A stretch of 64,000 nucleotides of DNA from an uncultured Candidatus Rokubacteria bacterium (GCA_963841755.1 CAWJDX010000011.1:412604-476603), one strand, 5' to 3'. Numbered from the stretch's first letter, positions 49,565 to 61,554 are shown. Notes: generated by a model not told the origin, from the sequence alone. Program-made: numbers and translations.

Positions 49565-50428
49565 TTACTTCACGGCCGCGGCGGCCGCCTCCATCGCGCG
49601 CTTGGCGAACACGCGCAGCAGGTGGCTCTTGTACTCCACCGATCCCTGCAGGTCGGCCTGCACGTCCACGCCCTCGGCCGCCTTCTCGGCCGCCGCCTGG
49701 ATGGACGCGGCGTCGGTCCCCTTGCCGGTGATCGCGGCCTCGACGCCCTTGGCGCGTACCGCCTTGGTGCCGGCGCCGGTGATGCCCACGCTGGCCTTGC
49801 CCACCTTGCCGCCGTCCACGCTCAGCACCGCCGCCACGCCCACCACCGCGAAGCGCGAGGCCGGGTGCGGGAACTTCATGTACGCGGCGCCGGTCTTGGC
49901 CGCGAGCGCGGGCACGCGCACCTCGGTCAGGATCTCGTCCTCCGCGAGCGCGGTGGTGAGCAGGCCCTTGAAGAAGTCGTCGGCCTTGATCGTGCGCTTG
50001 CCCTTGGGACCCTCGGCGACCATCTCGGCGCCGAGCGCGATGATCGCGGCCGGGTAGTCGGCGGCCGGGTCGGCGTGGGCGAGGCTGCCGCCGATCGTGC
50101 CCATGTTGCGCACCATCGGGTCGCCGATCTGGGCCGCCACCGCGGCCAGGACCGGGCACTTCGACTTGACCACCGACGAGGACTCGACCTGGTAGTGCGT
50201 CGTCATCGCTCCGATCACCAGGGTGCCGCCCTCTTCCTTGATGCCGGAGAGCCCGGAGAGCTTCCGGAGGTCCACCAGGTGCTTGGGCTGAGCGAGGCGC
50301 AGCTTCATGGCGGGTAGCAGGCTGTGCCCGCCCGCCAGCAGCTTGGCGTCGTCCTTGTGGCGCCCGAGCAGGTCCAGCGCCTCCTTCATCGTCCCCGGCG
50401 TGTGGTACTCGAACTGGGCTGGGTACAT
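49565..50428 (-). CDS. coxM: FAD-binding medium subunit of a xanthine-dehydrogenase-family molybdoenzyme.
   Basis: It is the C-terminal 287 aa of ORF 49565..52162, from the ATG at 50426-50428 with an AGGGAG SD: [39 protein letters not shown].... Confidence 0.8.
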   Translation of the reverse strand: MYPAQFEYHTPGTMKEALDLLGRHKDDAKLLAGGHSLLPAMKLRLAQPKHLVDLRKLSGLSGIKEEGGTLVIGAMTTHYQVESSSVVKSKCPVLAAVAAQIGDPMVRNMGTIGGSLAHADPAADYPAAIIALGAEMVAEGPKGKRTIKADDFFKGLLTTALAEDEILTEVRVPALAAKTGAAYMKFPHPASRFAVVGVAAVLSVDGGKVGKASVGITGAGTKAVRAKGVEAAITGKGTDAASIQAAAEKAAEGVDVQADLQGSVEYKSHLLRVFAKRAMEAAAAAVK

Positions 50429-50442
50429 TGTCGGCGTCTCCC

Positions 50443-52805
50443 TTACTTCTTCGATTTGGCGGCCTGGGCGGTCTTCCAGACCCGCTCCGGCGTCATCGGC
50501 ATGGCGTCGATGTGATCCACGCCGAGCCCGGACAGGGCGTCCACCACCGCGTTGACCACCGCCGGCGTCGAGGCGATGGTGCCGGTCTCTCCCGCGCCCT
50601 TCACGCCCAGCGGATTGACCAGGGTGGGCGTCTCGGTGCGATCGGTCTCGTAGAAGGGCAGCATGTCGGCCTTGGGCAGCGTGTAGTCCATCATGCTGCC
50701 GCTGACGAGCTGGCCGGAGTCTCCGTCGTAGACCGCCTCTTCCCAGAGCGCCTGCGCGACGCCCTGGGCGATGCCCCCGTGCACCATGCCGTCCACGATC
50801 ATCGGGTTGATGACGTTGCCGACGTCGTCGACCGCGAGGTAGCGGAGGATCTTCACGTGGCCGGTGTCCGGATCCACCTCCACCACGCAGGCGTGGGCCC
50901 CGAACGGGAAGCAGAAGTTGGAGGGATCGTAGAAGCTCGTCTCCTCGAGACCGGGCTCCACCCCCTCCGGGTAGTTGTGCGGCACGTACGCGGTCAGCGC
51001 GACCTGGCCGAACGGGATCGCCTTCTGGGGCGACCCCTTGACCACGAAGTTGCCGCCCACGTACTCCATGTCCTTCGGGTTCGCCTCGAGGAGATGGGCC
51101 GCGATCTTCTTGCCCTTCTCCTTGATCTTGTCGAGCGACATCACGATCGCGGTGCCGCCCACCGAGGCCGAGCGGCTGCCGTAGGTGCCCATGCCGAACG
51201 GTACCCGGCCGGTGTCGCCGTGCACGATCTCGATGTCGTCCATCGGGATGCCGAGCGAGTCGGCCACGATCTGGGCCATCGTCGTCTCGTGCCCCTGCCC
51301 GTGCGAGTGCGAGCCGGTGAAGACGCTGACCTTGCCGGTCGGGATGCACCTGGACCTTGCCGGACTCCCAGAGCCCGGCCTGGGCTCCGAGCGAGCCGAC
51401 GACCTTGGAGGGCGCGATGCTGCAGGCCTCGATGTAGGTCGAGAAGCCGATGCCCATCAGCCGGCCCTGCGCGCGGGCCGCGGCCTGGTCGGCCCGGAAC
51501 TTCTTGTAGTCGAGCATCGTCAGCAGCTTGTCGAGGGCGCCGCCGTAGTTGCCGCTGTCGTAGGAGAGCGCCACCTTCGTCTGGTAGCCGTTGTCGAACT
51601 TGGGGATGAAGTTCTTCCGGCGGATCTCGACCGGGTCCATCTTGAGCGCGGCCGCCGCCGCGTCCATCATGCGCTCGAGCAGGTAGCAGGCCTCGGGGCG
51701 CCCCGCCCCGCGGTAGGCGTCCACCGGGGTGGTGTTGGTGAAGACCCCGGTGACCTCCGCGTGGATCGCGGGCCACTCGTACACCCCGTTGAGCAGGGTG
51801 GCGTAGAGATAGGTCGGCACCGCCGGCGCGAAGGTGGAGAGGTAGGCGCCCAGGTTCGCGGTGGTCTTCACCCGCAGCCCCAGGAGCTTGCCGTCCTTCG
51901 CGACCGCGACCTCGGCGTCGGTCACGTGATCCCGCCCGTGGGCGTCGGTCTGGAAGGCCTCGCGGCGCGACGACGTCCAGCGGATCGGCCGCTTGATCTG
52001 CTTGGTGGCCCAGGTGCAGACCGTCTCCTCGTTGTAGAGGAAGATCTTGGAGCCGAAGGCGCCGCCCACGTCGGGCGCGATGACCCGCACCTTGTGCTCC
52101 GGGATGCCGAGCACGAAGGCGGTCATCAGGAGCCGGTGCACGTGGGGGTTCTGCGAGGTCACCCAGAGCGTCCAGTCTCCCGGTGGAGTCGTCGTAGCGC
52201 GCCACGCAGGCGCGCGGCTCCATCGGATTGGCCACCAGGCGCTGGTTGATGATGCGCTTCTTCACCACCACCGGGGCCGCCTTGAACGCGGCGTCGGTCG
52301 CGGCCGCGTCGCCGATCTGCCACTTGAAGGCCTCGTTGTTCGGGGCCACCTCGTGGATCTGGACCGAGCCCTTGGCGGCCGCCTTCTCGGTGTTGGTCAC
52401 CGAGGGCTGGACGTCCCAGTCGACCACCACCAGCTCCGCCGCGTCGCTCGCGGCCGACTGGCTCTCCGCGATGACGATGGCCACCGGGTCGCCCACGTAG
52501 TGGGCCGCGTCGGAGGCGAGCGGCATGTGGGGCGGGATCTTCAGCTCGGGCAGGAGCCAGCCGCACGGCAGCGAGTTCACCCCGGCCATGTCCTTGCCGG
52601 TGAAGATCGCGACGACGCCCGGGGCCTTCGACGCCTTGCCGGTGTCGATCTTGCGGATCTTGGCGTTCGCGTGCGGGCTGCGCACGAAGACCGCGTGGGT
52701 CAGGCCGGCCAGCTTCAGGTCGTCGGTGTAGTTGCCCTTGCCGGTGATGAACCGGGGGTCCTCACGCCGCTTGATGCTCGCGCCGAGCACACGCGCGGTG
52801 GCCAT
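50443..52805 (-). CDS. coxL: Molybdopterin-binding large subunit with the form-II CODH-like active-site loop AYRGAGR. The frame is broken near 51355 and near 52170.
   Basis: Three consecutive ORF pieces lie in three frames: 51141..52805 ([29 protein letters not shown]...), the middle of 49565..52162 (...[15 protein letters not shown]...[21 protein letters not shown]...) and 50443..51279 ([14 protein letters not shown]...[20 protein letters not shown]...). Each junction reads through if one base is removed. Confidence 0.8.
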
Positions 52806-52814
52806 GGTCGTCTC

Positions 52815-53288
52815 CTACTTCCCCGCCATCTTCTCGGCGGCGTACTGGATGGCCTTGACGATGTTGTGGTAGCCCGTGCAGCGGCACAGGTTGCCTTCGA
52901 GGTCGTGGCGGATCTGGGCCTCGGTGGGCCGCGGATTGCGCTGCAGCATCTGGTGGGCGGACATGATCATGCCCGGCGTACAGAAGCCGCACTGCAGTCC
53001 GTGCTTCTCCCAGAAGCCCTCCTGGATCGGATGGAGCTTGCCGTCCTTGGCCAGGCCCTCGATGGTCAGCACCTGCGCGCCGTCGCACTGGACCGACAGC
53101 AGCGTGCACGACTTCACCGCCACGCCGTTGACGTGCACCGTGCAGGCTCCGCACTGGCTCGTGTCGCAGCCGACGTGCGTGCCGGTGAGGCCGGCCAGCT
53201 CCCGGATGTAGTGCACGAGCAGCAGCCGCGGCTCCACCTCGTGGGATTGGGGGGCACCGTTGATCGTCATCGACACGGTCTTTTTCAC
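52815..53288 (-). CDS. coxS: [2Fe-2S] small subunit of a xanthine-dehydrogenase-family molybdoenzyme.
   Basis: ORF 52815..53336 trimmed to the GTG at 53286-53288, with a GGAGG 7 nt upstream. The cysteine motifs are [11 protein letters not shown] and CGFCTPGM. Confidence 0.85.
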   Translation of the reverse strand: MKKTVSMTINGAPQSHEVEPRLLLVHYIRELAGLTGTHVGCDTSQCGACTVHVNGVAVKSCTLLSVQCDGAQVLTIEGLAKDGKLHPIQEGFWEKHGLQCGFCTPGMIMSAHQMLQRNPRPTEAQIRHDLEGNLCRCTGYHNIVKAIQYAAEKMAGK

Positions 53289-53360
53289 CGCGCTACCTCC
53301 TGAGTGAAGGGTCCGAGGCCGGGAAAGCGCCCCCAACCGTAGTCCCGGCCGGGGGTTCTG

Positions 53361-54615
53361 TCAAGGGGACGAGAGGAGCCGGCGGCCCTCGGTGCGCGCC
53401 TGCTCGAGGACCTCGCGCACCGCGAGGCCCCGGTCGCGCGCGATGCGGCGGATCTCCTCGAACTCGGGGGTCACCGTGATCGCCCGCCCGTCGAGCCGGG
53501 AGACCTTGAAGGTCACCGGGCCGTGCGCGGTGTCGAGCCGGACCATCTCGCGCTCGAGGCGGGCGCGCTGGTAGGCGGTCCACCGCACGCCGATGGTCGG
53601 GGACTCCTCGAAGAGCAGCCGGGAGAGGTCGGCCACCCGGCCCGGCTCGCAGAGGGCGGTCAGGACCACCCCGGGGCGGCTGCGCTTCATGATGACCGGG
53701 GTGAGCCAGGCGTCCAGGGCGCCGCTCTCGAGCAGGCGCTCGAGCAGCGGCTCGTAGAGCTGGGGCGACATGTCGTCCACCGTGGTCTCGACCTGGATGA
53801 TGGTCTCGGTCGGGGTCCCGGTGGGCGCGGCCACCGCCGCCTCCCCGACGAAGACCCGGAGCACGTTCGGGGTCTCGAGCTCCATGGTCCCCGCCCCGTA
53901 GCCCACCGCGGTCACCCGCATCGCCGGCATCGCGCCCGCGCCGGCGGCCAGGGTGGTCAGGATGGCGGCCCCGGTCGGGGTCACCAGCTCCCGGCGGATC
54001 CCGGTGTCGAGGGTCGGGAAGCCCTTCAGCAGCTCCGCGGTGGCCGGGCCCGGCACCGGGATGCGCCCGTGCGGGCCGTCGATGAACCCGCCGCCCACCG
54101 GGAGCGCGCCGAAGTGGACCGCGTCGATGCCGAGCAGGTGGAGGCCGATGCAGGAGCCGGTCACGTCCACGATCGCGTCGATCGCGCCCACGTCGTGGAA
54201 CTGCACCCGCTCGGGGGTGGTGCCGTGCACCCGGGCCTCGGCGTCGGCGAGCCGGCGGAAGACGCGGGAGGCCATGTCGCGGACCTCGGGCGCCAGGCGG
54301 CTCCGCGTCGAGGATGGCCAGGATCTCGCCGAGCCCCCGATGTCCCGCCGGGTGGTGCGGCTGGTGCGCGCCCGGGTCCGGCACGCGTCCCATGTAACCC
54401 GGGTCGCGATCGTAGCCGGCCAGGTGCACGTCGATCTTCGTGGCGCGGAAGCCGGCCTTCATCACCTCCGAGCGCTCGAGCCGGTAGCCCTCGACGCCGA
54501 GCCCGGCCAGCTCGCGCTCGAGGGTCTCGAAGGGGACGCCCGCGTCGACCAGCGCGCCCAGGATCATGTCGCCGGAGGCGCCGCTCGGGCAGTCGAAGTA
54601 CGCGAGCTTGAGCAA
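53361..54615 (-). CDS. larC: LarC (nickel-pincer nucleotide cofactor nickel insertase). The frame is broken near 54290.
   Basis: The N-terminus, from the TTG at 54613-54615 (MLKLAYFDCPSGASGDMILGAL...HQPHHPAGHRGLGEILAILDAE), lies in the frame of ORF 53293..56133. The C-terminus is ORF 53361..54275 (MASRVFRRLADAEARVHG...VQFHDVGAIDAIVDVTG...). The junction is cctGgcgcccgag. Confidence 0.75.
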
Positions 54616-54617
54616 GC

Positions 54618-55377
54618 TTAGCGGAGCTTCGTGGCGAGCTTGTTGATCTGGTTGGCCTGGGCGGCCGCGCCGTAGCCGTTGTCGATGTTGACCACCGACA
54701 CGCCGGGGGCGCAGGAGTTCAGCATGGCGAGGAGCGCGGCCACGCCGCCGAAGGAGGCGCCGTAGCCCACGCTGGTGGGCACCGCGATGACCGGCCGGTC
54801 CACGAGGCCGCCCAGCACGCTCGGCAGCGCGCCGTCCATGCCCGCCACCGCCACGATCGCGTTGGCCTCGTTGAGCCGGTCGAGGTGCGGGACGAGACGA
54901 TGCAGCCCGGCCACTCCGCAATCGAACAACCGTTCGACGATGGTTGCCCATCACCTCCGCGGTCACCGCGGCCTCCTCGGCCACCGGGAGATCGGAGGTG
55001 CCCGCGCTGACCACCACGATGAGCCCCACCCCGTCGCGCGCGACGGGCTTCACCACGACCAGGCGCGCGGCCTCGTGCACGCGGCACGGCAGCCCGCTCG
55101 CGACCAGGGCCGCCACCACCGCAGGCTCCGCGCGGGTGGCCAGCACGTTGTCGTGGTGCAGGGCCAGGCGCTCCACGATGGCCACCACCTGCTCCGGGGT
55201 CTTGCCCGCGCAGTAGACGGCCTCCGGCACGCCGTGGCGCAGCGAGCGATGCAGGTCGACGCGGGCGAAGCGGAGGTCGTCGTACGGCAGCGTGCGCAGC
55301 CGGGCGAGCGCCTGCTCGGGGGCGAGCGAGCCGGCCGCGACCTCCTCCAGCAGGGCCCTTACTTTTTCCCGATCCAT
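54618..55377 (-). CDS. larB: LarB (PurE-like pyridinium-3,5-biscarboxylic acid mononucleotide synthase). The frame is broken near 54938.
   Basis: The N-terminus, from the ATG at 55375-55377 ([18 protein letters not shown]...[29 protein letters not shown]), is joined to ORF 54618..54929 (...[11 protein letters not shown]...[14 protein letters not shown]...). The junction is aaccatCgtcgaacgg. Confidence 0.75.
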
Positions 55378-56133
55378 CGGAGGGCCTCGTTGGCGCTGCC
55401 GCTGCGGAAGCCCTGCAGGTCGAGCGTCACGTAGAGGTAGCCCAGCTCGCGGAAGCGGCGGACGATCGCGCCGTGCCGGTCCTCCTGCCAGAGCCGCGGC
55501 ATCTCCTCCGCGGGCAGCTCGATGCGGGCGAGCCGGTCGTGGTGGCGCACCCGGAACTGGCGGAAGCCCAGGCTCCGCACGAAGGCCTCCGCCTGCGTCG
55601 ATCTGGCGCAGCTTCGCGGCGGTGATCGCGTCGCCGTACTGGAAGCGCGAGGAGAGGCACGCGAACGACGGCTTGTCCCAGGTGGGGAGCCCCAGCTCGC
55701 GGGAGAGCGCCCGGATCTCCTCCTTCCACAGATCGGCCTCGATCAGGGGCGCGCGCACCCCGCGCGCCTCGGCCGCCTTCATGCCGGGCCGGTGGTCGCC
55801 CAGGTCGTCCATGTTGGCGCCGTAGACCATCTGGGCGTCGCCCGCGCGCCGGGCGATCGGCTCGAGCCGGCTGAACAGCTCCTCCTTGCAGTGGAAGCAG
55901 CGATCGGGCCCGTTGCGCGCGTACTCCGGCCGGTCCAGCTCGCGCGTCTGGATCACCTCGTGGGGCATCCCGAGCAGGCCGGCGAGGCGGCGGGTCTCCT
56001 CGAGCTCGGCGGTCGGATAGGTCTCCGAGTCGGCGGTGACCAGCAGCGCGCGGTCGCCGAGCGCGTCCTTGGCGGCGCGGGCCAGGAAGGTCGAGTCCAC
56101 GCCGCCGGAGAAGGCCACGATCACGCGGGTCAT
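55359..56133 (-). CDS. larE: LarE (ATP-dependent sacrificial sulfur insertase, PP-loop). The frame is broken near 55597.
   Basis: The N-terminus (MTRVIVAFSGGVDSTFLARAA...CFHCKEELF...AKLRQID) is joined to ORF 55359..55580 (...FRQFRVRHHDRLARIE...). An in-frame KYDRLLELLRG upstream of the ATG suggests the true start may lie further upstream. Confidence 0.75.
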
Positions 56134-56199
56134 CCCCCGGAGCAGCTCCAGGAGCCGGTCGTACTTGGGCGCGAGGGCGCCGACGTCGGCTCACGCCGG

Positions 56200-57184
56200 T
56201 CATCCCAGCACCGCCGCGGCCAGCTCGGTCAGCGGCACCATCGGCCGCGCGCCCACGTGGGCGATGACCTCGGCGGCGGCGAGGGAGCCGAGCCGCCCGC
56301 ACGTCGGCAGATCGAGCCCCTGGGCGAGCCCGTAGAGCACGCCGGAGGCGTAGAGGTCTCCCGCCCCGGTGGTGTCCACCACCGCGTCGACCGGATGCGC
56401 CTGGACCACGTGCAGCCGATCCCCCTGCACCAGCACCGAGCCCTTGGCGCTCCGGGTCAGCGCGGCCAGCTCGCAGTGCCCGCGCACGTGCGAGACCGCG
56501 GCGTCGAAATCGCGCACCTGGTAGAGCGCGCAGATCTCGGCCTCGTTCGCGAACAGGATGTCGACGTGGTGCTGGACCAGGTCGAGGAAGGCGGCGCGGT
56601 GGCGCTCCACGCAGAACGGGTCGGAGAGGGTGAGCGCGACCTTGCGCCCGGCCGCGTGGGCGATGGCGGCGGCGGCGCGGAACGCCTCCTGCGCGTCCGG
56701 CGGGTCGAAGAGGTAGCCCTCGAGATAGAGGATCTTCCCGCGCGCGATCAGCGCGCGGTCCACGTCGGCGGGACCGAGCCGCACCGAGGCGCCGAGGAAC
56801 GTGCTCATCGTGCGCTGCGCGTCCGGGGTGACCAGGATGAGGCACCGCCCGGTGGGCGGCCCGCTGGTCGCCCGCGGGGTGTCGTAGCCGACGCCGGTCG
56901 CGCGCAGGTCGTGCCCGAACACGTCGCCGAGCTGATCGTCGCGGACCTTGCCCACGTAGTGCGCCCGGCCCCCGAAGGAGGCGACGCCCACCACGGTGTT
57001 GGCCGCGGAGCCGCCCGACATCTCCACCCCCGGGCCCATCGCCTCGTAGAGCGCGCGGGCCTGGGCCTCGTCGACCAGGCGCATCGTGCCCTTGGCGAGG
57101 CCCTGCCGGACGACCAGATCCTCGTCGGCGTGGCTCAGCACGTCCACCAGCGCGTTGCCGATGCCGATCACGTCGAGAGCGCCG

Positions 57185-57192
<8 letters not shown>
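56200..57192 (-). CDS. PfkB-family carbohydrate/nucleoside kinase (adenosine-kinase-like).
   Basis: Intact 330-aa ORF with the GG motif (IGIGNALVDVL) and the anion-hole/DTxGAGD motif (VDTTGAGDLYASG). Confidence 0.8.
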
Positions 57193-58110
<918 letters not shown>

Positions 58111-58114
<4 letters not shown>

Positions 58115-59439
58115 GCGGGCACCTCCACGAGGCGCCCGTGCGTCCGCTCGCCGCGGACCTCGGCGATCTCCACCGTCGCCATGCGCCGCCCGAGACCGTC
58201 CGGCCCCGGGAACAGCACCTCGACGTAGTTGGACGTGAGGCCGGACAGCAGCCCGGTCTGGTGGTCCCGCGCCTCCAGCACCAGGACCTCGCGCGCCGAG
58301 CCGACGAGCGCGCTCCGGAAGGCGTGGCTCTTCTCGCGGCCGAGGCGCCGCAGCCGCTGGCTGCGCTCGCGGATGACCGCGGCCGGCACGTGGCCCGGGC
58401 GCCGCGCGGCCTCGGTGCCCTTGCGGTCCGAGTAGGTGAAGACGTGCAGGTAGGAGAAGGGCAGCGAGCCGACGAGCGCGAGCGTGGCCTCGAAGTCCTC
58501 GTCGGTCTCGCCCGGGTGCCCGACGATGACGTCGGCGCCGAGCCCGAGCCCGGGGATGGCGGCGGCCAGCCGGTCCACCAGCGCGCGGTACATCCCGGTG
58601 TGGTACGGCCGCCGCATGAGGCGCAGCACGCGGTCGCTCCCGCTCTGGAGCGGCAGATGCAGGTGCGGCGCCACCACCGGCAGCGTGGCGACCGCGTCGA
58701 CGAGATCGTCGGTGAAGTAGGACGGCAGCACCGAGGAGAGGCGGAGCCAGCGCAGGCCGGCGACGCCGGCGAGGCTCCGCACGAGGGCCGCGAGCGACGT
58801 CCGGGGGTAGAGATCCCAGCCGTAGTGGCCGATGTCGACGCCGGTCAGCGTGACGTCCGGATACCCGGCCTCCGCCAGCGCGCGCACCTGGTCGAGCACG
58901 ACCTTCGGCTCCTGGCTCCGGCTCCCGCCGCGCGCGGCGGGCACGATGCAGAAGGCGCAGCGGTGCTGGCAGCCGTCCTGGATCTTCACGAAGGGGCGCG
59001 ACCGGCCGGTCATCCGCGCTGATCGGCGCGACCGGGACCGAGCGGGCCTCGGCGGATGTCGGCCACCGTCACCGCGGGCCGCGCGCGCTTGACCAGCGAG
59101 TCGAGCAGATCGGGCAGCCGGTACTTCTCCTGATTGCCCACCACGAGGTCCACGCCGGGCAGGGCGGCGACCGTGTCCGGATCGGTCTGGGCATAGCAGC
59201 CGGTCACGACGAGGAAGGCGCCCGGGTCCTCACGGCCGATCCGGCGGATGATCTGGCGGTCGGAGAAGTCGGCGCGCCCGGTCACCGTGCAGGTGTTCAC
59301 CACGTGGACCTGCGCGCGGCTGCCCGCGGGCACCACCCGGAAGCCGCGCCCCTCGAGGAGCGCGCCCATCTCCTGCGACTCGACCTGGTTGAGCCGGCAG
59401 CCGAGCGTGGTGAGGGCCACCGTCACCGGCGCGCTCATG
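58111..59439 (-). CDS. mtaB: MtaB/MiaB-like radical-SAM methylthiotransferase. The frame is broken near 59015.
   Basis: The N-terminal MTTase domain starts at the ATG at 59437-59439 (GGAGGTG SD): MSAPVTVALTTLGCRLNQVESQEM...VNTCTVTGRA.... The radical-SAM core and TRAM domain are ORF 58111..59013 (FVKIQDGCQHRCAFC...). Confidence 0.75.
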
Positions 59440-60469
59440 CCGGCACCTCCTCGCGGAGCTGGCCGCACGCCGCCCCGATGTCCTCCCCCTTGCTCCAGCG
59501 GATGGTCGCGGTGATCCCGTGCTCGAGCAGCACCGCCTGGAACGCGAGGATGCGCGGCAGCGGCGGCCGCGCGAAGCTCGAGCCCTCCCAGTCGTTGAAC
59601 GGGATCAGGTTGATCTTGCCGCGGATCCCCTTCAGCAGCTTCACGAGCCGGCGGGCGTCCTCGACCGAGTCGTTGATCCCGTCGAGCAGCACGTACTCGA
59701 AGGTCATGCGCTGGCGGAACGGCAGCGGAAAGCGCCGGCAGGCCGCGAGCAGCTCCTCGATGGCGAAGCCGCGATTGACCGGCATGATCCGGTCGCGGAT
59801 CTCGTTGCTGGTGGCGTGCAGCGAGATGGCCAGGTTGACCTTGAGGGTCTCCTTGGCCAGCCGCTCGATACCGCTCACGAGCCCCACCGTCGACACCGTG
59901 ATGCGTCGGGGCGAGAAGGCGAAGGCCTGGGGGTCGGTCAGCAGGCGGAGCGACTTCACGGTGGCCGAGTAGTTGGCGAGCGGCTCGCCCATCCCCATGT
60001 AGACGATGTGGGTGATCCGCTCGCCCGGGCCGAGCCCCGCGCGGGCCACCAGCACCTGGGCCACGATCTCGCCCGCGCTCAGGTTGCGCTCGAGCCCCAT
60101 GGTGCCGGTGAAGCAGAACGCGCAGGCGAAGCCGCACCCCACCTGGGTGGAGACGCAGAGGGTGAGGCGGTCGCCGTCCGGCATCAGCACCGCCTGGACG
60201 CGGGCGCCGTCGCCGTAGCGGAGCACGAGCTTGTGGCTACCGTCCTGCGACGGGGTCCGGCGCTCGACCTCCGGCACGTCCACCGTCGCCCGGGCCGCCA
60301 GCGCGGCGCGGAAGTCGCGCGGCAGATCGGTCATCGCCTCGAGATCCACCACGCCGCGGGCGAAGATCCACCGCGCCAGCTGCCGCCCGCGGTACCGGGG
60401 GGCTCCCAGCGACTCGGCCAGCGCTTCCAGCTCGGCGGGCGAGCAATCCAGCAGGTTCGTCGAAGACAT
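59435..60469 (-). CDS. rlmN: 23S rRNA (adenine2503-C2)-methyltransferase RlmN.
   Basis: ORF 59435..60505 from the ATG at 60467-60469 (MSSTNLLDCSPAELEAL...). The radical-SAM motif is CVSTQVGCGFACAFC, and the catalytic cysteine region (IGAACGQL) is present. Confidence 0.85.
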   Translation of the reverse strand: MSSTNLLDCSPAELEALAESLGAPRYRGRQLARWIFARGVVDLEAMTDLPRDFRAALAARATVDVPEVERRTPSQDGSHKLVLRYGDGARVQAVLMPDGDRLTLCVSTQVGCGFACAFCFTGTMGLERNLSAGEIVAQVLVARAGLGPGERITHIVYMGMGEPLANYSATVKSLRLLTDPQAFAFSPRRITVSTVGLVSGIERLAKETLKVNLAISLHATSNEIRDRIMPVNRGFAIEELLAACRRFPLPFRQRMTFEYVLLDGINDSVEDARRLVKLLKGIRGKINLIPFNDWEGSSFARPPLPRILAFQAVLLEHGITATIRWSKGEDIGAACGQLREEVPA

Positions 60470-60540
60470 ACGCGTCGGATAGTAGCACAGGGATGGAGGG
60501 CTCACCGGGCACGGTCCGCCTGCTCCGCGAGGGCGGCGGG

Positions 60541-60630
60541 AAGCGGAAAGCTAGTCGTCGCCCAGCGTGAAGGCGGAGGCGCAGAGAAATCCGAACGCGA
60601 ACACCACGACTACCACCAGGTACGTCCACA
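60541..60630 (-). CDS. Small hydrophobic peptide (29 aa), hypothetical.
   Basis: MRFVWTYLVVVVVFAFGFLCASAFTLGDD. GGAGGA lies 9 nt upstream. A hairpin-U8 element lies just upstream (about 60700-60745), on the same strand. Confidence 0.25.
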
Positions 60631-60886
60631 CGAAGCGCATGGGTCATGGTCCTCCGACGCGGAGTATTCTCCGGTGACTCGCGCTCCGCGACGGCAAAAA
60701 AAACTCCGATCCCCTCGGCCCCACCCGTAGTGGTGGGTGCCGCGAACGCGACCAGATGCACGGAAGACCCGACCGTCCCGGGTCGGACATTCCTTCCGAC
60801 TCCAGGAGCGACGTCTTTCCTCGTCCGCGTAAGTGTCGACGCAGGAGTCCTTCTCGGATCGGCACGGGCTTGCCTCCCCACTATTC

Positions 60887-61273
60887 ATGGACGCTCAGTG
60901 CAACATCGAATGGCTGCTCTTCGTGCTGCGTGCGAAGCGTCATCAGCATCCACGCGAGCGATCGCATCGCTCGCCGCCGCGCGGGCGATCCCCGCGCCAC
61001 ATCGCCGGCGGCAGCGATCTGCCGACCGAGACGTCGCGACGGGAGATCCGCGAGCGGCTCGCGGATGGCCGGCTGTTCCCCGCCGGCAGCATGTCGGTCG
61101 CGCGTCGGGGCACGGGACGCCCGTGCCTCGTCTGCGGCAAGGCGATCACGAGGGACACCGTGGAGCGGGAGGTGGAAGGCCCCGGCGCCGTCCCGGGGCT
61201 CGCTCACGAGGATTGTTACAAGATCTGGCGGGAGGAGTCCCGTCGCGGCGACCGGCCAGAATCTACGCGGTAG
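60887..61273 (+). CDS. Hypothetical zinc-finger protein (CxxC...HxxC).
   Basis: ORF 60833..61273 from the ATG at 60887. The latter two thirds (..RPCLVCGKAITRDTVEREVEGPGAVPGLAHEDCYKIWREE) have a strong GC3 coding bias. There is no family call. Confidence 0.4.
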   Translation: MDAQCNIEWLLFVLRAKRHQHPRERSHRSPPRGRSPRHIAGGSDLPTETSRREIRERLADGRLFPAGSMSVARRGTGRPCLVCGKAITRDTVEREVEGPGAVPGLAHEDCYKIWREESRRGDRPESTR

Positions 61274-61332
61274 TCCCTGCCCGTCGCGGGTAGCCGTCCG
61301 GACGATCCGGACCGATTCGAACGCTCGAGGGC

Positions 61333-61554
61333 GTGAAACGAGACGGGCATGCTCCATGCGTATTCGCGAGACCACGATGCCGGCCTCCGAGGAGTCTCTC
61401 ACGCTGCGAGAAGTGCGGGCGTGCCCTCGCGACCCGGCTGCGACGCGAGGGCGATCGGGTGCGCACGTACCTCGAGTGCCCCGACTGTACCCGGCCTAGC
61501 GACGATCGGCCCGGATCGGAGCCGGCCGAGCCGGCAGCGCCGCCCGGGGAGTGA
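61333..61554 (+). CDS. Small zinc-ribbon protein (CxxC...CPDC). The 5' frame is uncertain.
   Basis: ..SRCEKCGRALATRLRREGDRVRTYLECPDCTRPSDD... The GC3 bias suggests the true N-terminus (MPASEESLTL...) lies in the adjacent frame, with a one-base frame change near 61395. Confidence 0.35.
   Translation: MKRDGHAPCVFARPRCRPPRSLSRCEKCGRALATRLRREGDRVRTYLECPDCTRPSDDRPGSEPAEPAAPPGE

Noticed and set aside
53293-56133. A 946-aa ORF spanning larC, larB and larE considered as a fusion protein.
   Set aside because: It is assembled from the N-terminal halves of three separate genes read in one frame across their out-of-frame C-terminal halves. Each gene is individually recognisable and has its own start context.
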